Below are positions 61,429 to 64,000 of a DNA stretch of 64,000 bases, one piece after another. The notes below the pieces were generated by a model, which ran no database searches, was not told the DNA's origin, and worked only from the letters and a program-made list of their open reading frames with translations. The stretch is from Octopus sinensis (lineage: Eukaryota): NCBI RefSeq assembly GCF_006345805.1, contig NC_043012.1, forward strand, positions 40,114,001-40,178,000. Direction: 5' to 3'. A program made the position numbers and the translations under genes. Position 1 is the first letter of the stretch. Every line of letters begins with the position of its first letter.

Positions 61429-62099
61429 GCTTTGGCAAATTCTGTCCTACCCATGTAAGTGCGGAATAAAGATGGTAATAACTACGATGAGGATAACTAC
61501 TCTTAAAAAGCTTTGTTCTGGTTGGCTACATTTTACTCGAATCAATATTAATACATTTGATTGGCTAACATTTAAATTACATTGATTGGCTGACAACAGC
61601 AGTTTAAACACATTAAGTATGGTTGGCTTAAGTGACATTTAAACAAATACTATTGATTAGGGAGAAAATAGTTAAAATGCATGAATTGGACCAAAAAACC
61701 AACAACAGTTTCAATGTTACCAATTCTACTACTTTAAACTTAAATATAATCGATTAACTAGTTTAATATTTAAACACCAATGAAAATAGCATTTAAAAAT
61801 ATTCCTGTAAAATTTTATTGCTTAATTAAGTGGTTAACTAAAAGCACACCTGATTGATCACAACAGCATTTGAATTATTATTGTTGTTGTTGTGGTGCTA
61901 GCACAAATTTCCATTTCTCCAGAACCCTTTATAATGGACAAGTGTCATCAGAGAACTTTGAAGCGAGAGGCAAAGATACAGCAGTTTAGCATCTAACAAA
62001 CTCAGTGTAACTTGTTATTGACTTCTACTATGTATGCAGGGTCAAATTAAAGTCCATTGAGGCCCTAAACCCTTAAAAGATTTTGGTGCCCCAGCCACT

Positions 62100-62259
62100 A
62101 CACACATTTTTTTCTCTCTTTGTTTCTTTCTGTGTTCCTTTCTGTGGAAGAGCATAGGTTTGAAATGTAAAAGACTTTTTCAATTCCTGATCGTTAAACT
62201 AATACATCTTTCTTTTCTACACCACCTGTCTTTGTCTTGTGTTTTTTTCGTGAATTCTC

Positions 62260-62262
<3 letters not shown>
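62100..62262 (+). mobile_element. Short Penelope-like repeat H2
   Basis: Homologous to 39940-40131; the 3' end abuts (TA)n. Confidence 0.7.
62138..62173 (+). ncRNA. Decayed minimal hammerhead-like motif
   Basis: CTTT-CTGTGGA-A-GAGC(ATAG)GTTT-GAAA-T-GTA-AAAG; differences from 40025-40060 are mostly C-to-T. Confidence 0.4.
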
Positions 62263-62293
<31 letters not shown>

Positions 62294-62770
62294 ATTCAAA
62301 GTATAAACAATAATAAACCATAAACATAGATTATCTTTTCAAAATGAAACAAACTAACAATAAGATGGAAAATAATGTTTATTTTTGTAGAATTCCAGTA
62401 TATTTCTATTTGAAAAATTTTCTCCTCTTTTTAATTGCAAATTCTTTGATAAGATCCTCACTATGATTGCATGAAGATTTCGAGATTTTTATAATTCCAA
62501 AGATATAATCCACTTTGAATATTATTTTAGCAAGTTTAAAGTAATTTCTTTTGTGTCATAAACCATTTACCATTTCTGTGGTACCACACTTCCTTTGATA
62601 CCCTAAACACATTCTTATTTTGCTGAATAGTTTAATCTAGTGCTGTATGTATGAAATGACATGGTTAAATGAATTGGATGAAGCAAACGAAAACCATTCG
62701 GGGCTGGACAACCTTCTTCTTACAAAGGAAACTAACTTTAAAGAAATCCACACAAGTGTGTGTGTGTGTG

Positions 62771-63025
62771 CGTGATTGTCTAGCAGTTAGGGTATTGCAC
62801 ACAGAATCCCAAGATTGTGGTTTCAATTCCTAGGCCAGCAGTGCATTGCATTCTTGAGCAAAAACACTTCATTTCACATAGCCGCAGTCCACTCAGCTGT
62901 AAATGGATAACCCTGTGATGAACTGGTCATCCCTTCAGAAGGAATGTTGGCATCATTTGAAAGCTATAACAATGCAAGGAAGCGCATTGTGACAAACAGT
63001 GTATAACATTTGATAACTTGGTCGA
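62771..63025 (+). mobile_element. Family D SINE
   Basis: Colinear with 5776-6048. Confidence 0.75.
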
Positions 63026-63091
63026 TACAGAGATATATATATATATGTGTATGTGTGTATATGTGTGTGTATATATGTATATGTGTATGTA

Positions 63092-63130
<39 letters not shown>

Positions 63131-63135
<5 letters not shown>

Positions 63136-63300
63136 GAAATTTACAGAAAAACAAAAGACAAAGACAGGTGTATTTGTTTAATGGTTGGGAAAGTGAGAAA
63201 GTCTTTTATGTTTGAAGCCTTTTCAACTGAAAGGAACACGAGGAAAGAAACAGAGAGAGAGAAAAAGAATTACGGATTTAGCAGTCAGTCATATATATAT
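63131..63300 (-). mobile_element. Short Penelope-like repeat H2, decayed
   Basis: Reverse homolog of 62100-62262; stem II region deleted. Confidence 0.65.
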
Positions 63301-64000
63301 ATACACACACACACATACACACACACACACCTGTGTGTTTTATATAATATACAGTAGAATCTAGACACTTGAGTTGGAAATAATTCACTTCAATGACTGA
63401 TTTTAGGCATAAAATCACAAAAGTGATCTCTGAGCACTTAACAAGTTAAAACGTGTGTGTGTGTTTGTGTGTCTGTCTGTCTGTCTGTGTGTGTATTTAC
63501 AAACAAAAGTTGGACATTTATCTAACTAAAAAAAAAGTGGCAATAGACAAAAACTTCAAAGTCACTTTCAAACTTCTTTTTTGTAAAAATGCATCTTACA
63601 CACTACTTATACATATTGAGTGCTTTCTCAATTAATGTCTTACAACACACACACACACACATATGAGGGGTGTCTCTCTCTGTCTTGCGTCAAATTAGGA
63701 TTTTGCTCTTACTGTTGTTGTTGCCGTTGTACCATCTCACACGTGGGTTTTTACTGTTGTTTATCATGTTGTTGTTGGTGTTGTTGACTTCATCATAGAA
63801 TTGACTGTTATCATTTTCATTTATGCCATTGTTAATGTTGTTGTTGTGGTTCCAATTACATTAAGACAAGAGGTAAAAATACAAAAGAACTTCTGCAACC
63901 TGAAGCCATTGTACTAAAGCTGTTTGACAAACATGTGTGTCAGACATTTATTGTTTAGCAGAATTGGTGTTTGGCATAATTTCTTATTTAATCAGGTCCA

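Noticed and set aside
63687-63872. Asn-rich minus-strand frame and Val-rich plus-strand frame with AG/GT borders
   Set aside because: Derived from decayed (GTT/AAC)n; the Asn frame has an upstream in-frame stop and no usable acceptor.

Overview
This is AT-rich eukaryotic DNA almost saturated with repeats, with one 100-N scaffold gap (40949-41048). The SINE, LINE and microsatellite landscape looks like an Octopus genome (inference from repeat motifs; no search was run). No complete host gene is visible. Nearly all ORF-track entries are microsatellite or SINE artefacts, and the only host-gene-like signals are one or two isolated candidate exons (best: 11677-11824, +). Recognisable content: (i) a near-complete CR1-group LINE ORF2 (41146-44196) broken only by about 9 small indels; (ii) 3' remnants of RTE, R4/Dong-like and L1/Tx1-like LINEs and a Penelope-type GIY-YIG remnant; (iii) several SINE/retroposon families, labelled here A-E, two of which share 3' tails with LINEs in the same window; (iv) mariner, maT and rosa-like remnants, several MITEs, a piggyBac-type MITE and a complete non-autonomous Helitron; (v) a 5S rRNA pseudogene and a tRNA-like relic. 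The most interesting signals are short Penelope-like repeats carrying minimal hammerhead-ribozyme motifs (three copies share a non-canonical core), SINE-LINE tail partnerships, mariner derivatives rebuilt from two 5' or two 3' ends, and a high density of long inverted repeats. Translations and alignments were done by eye, so boundaries are approximate except where termini are quoted.
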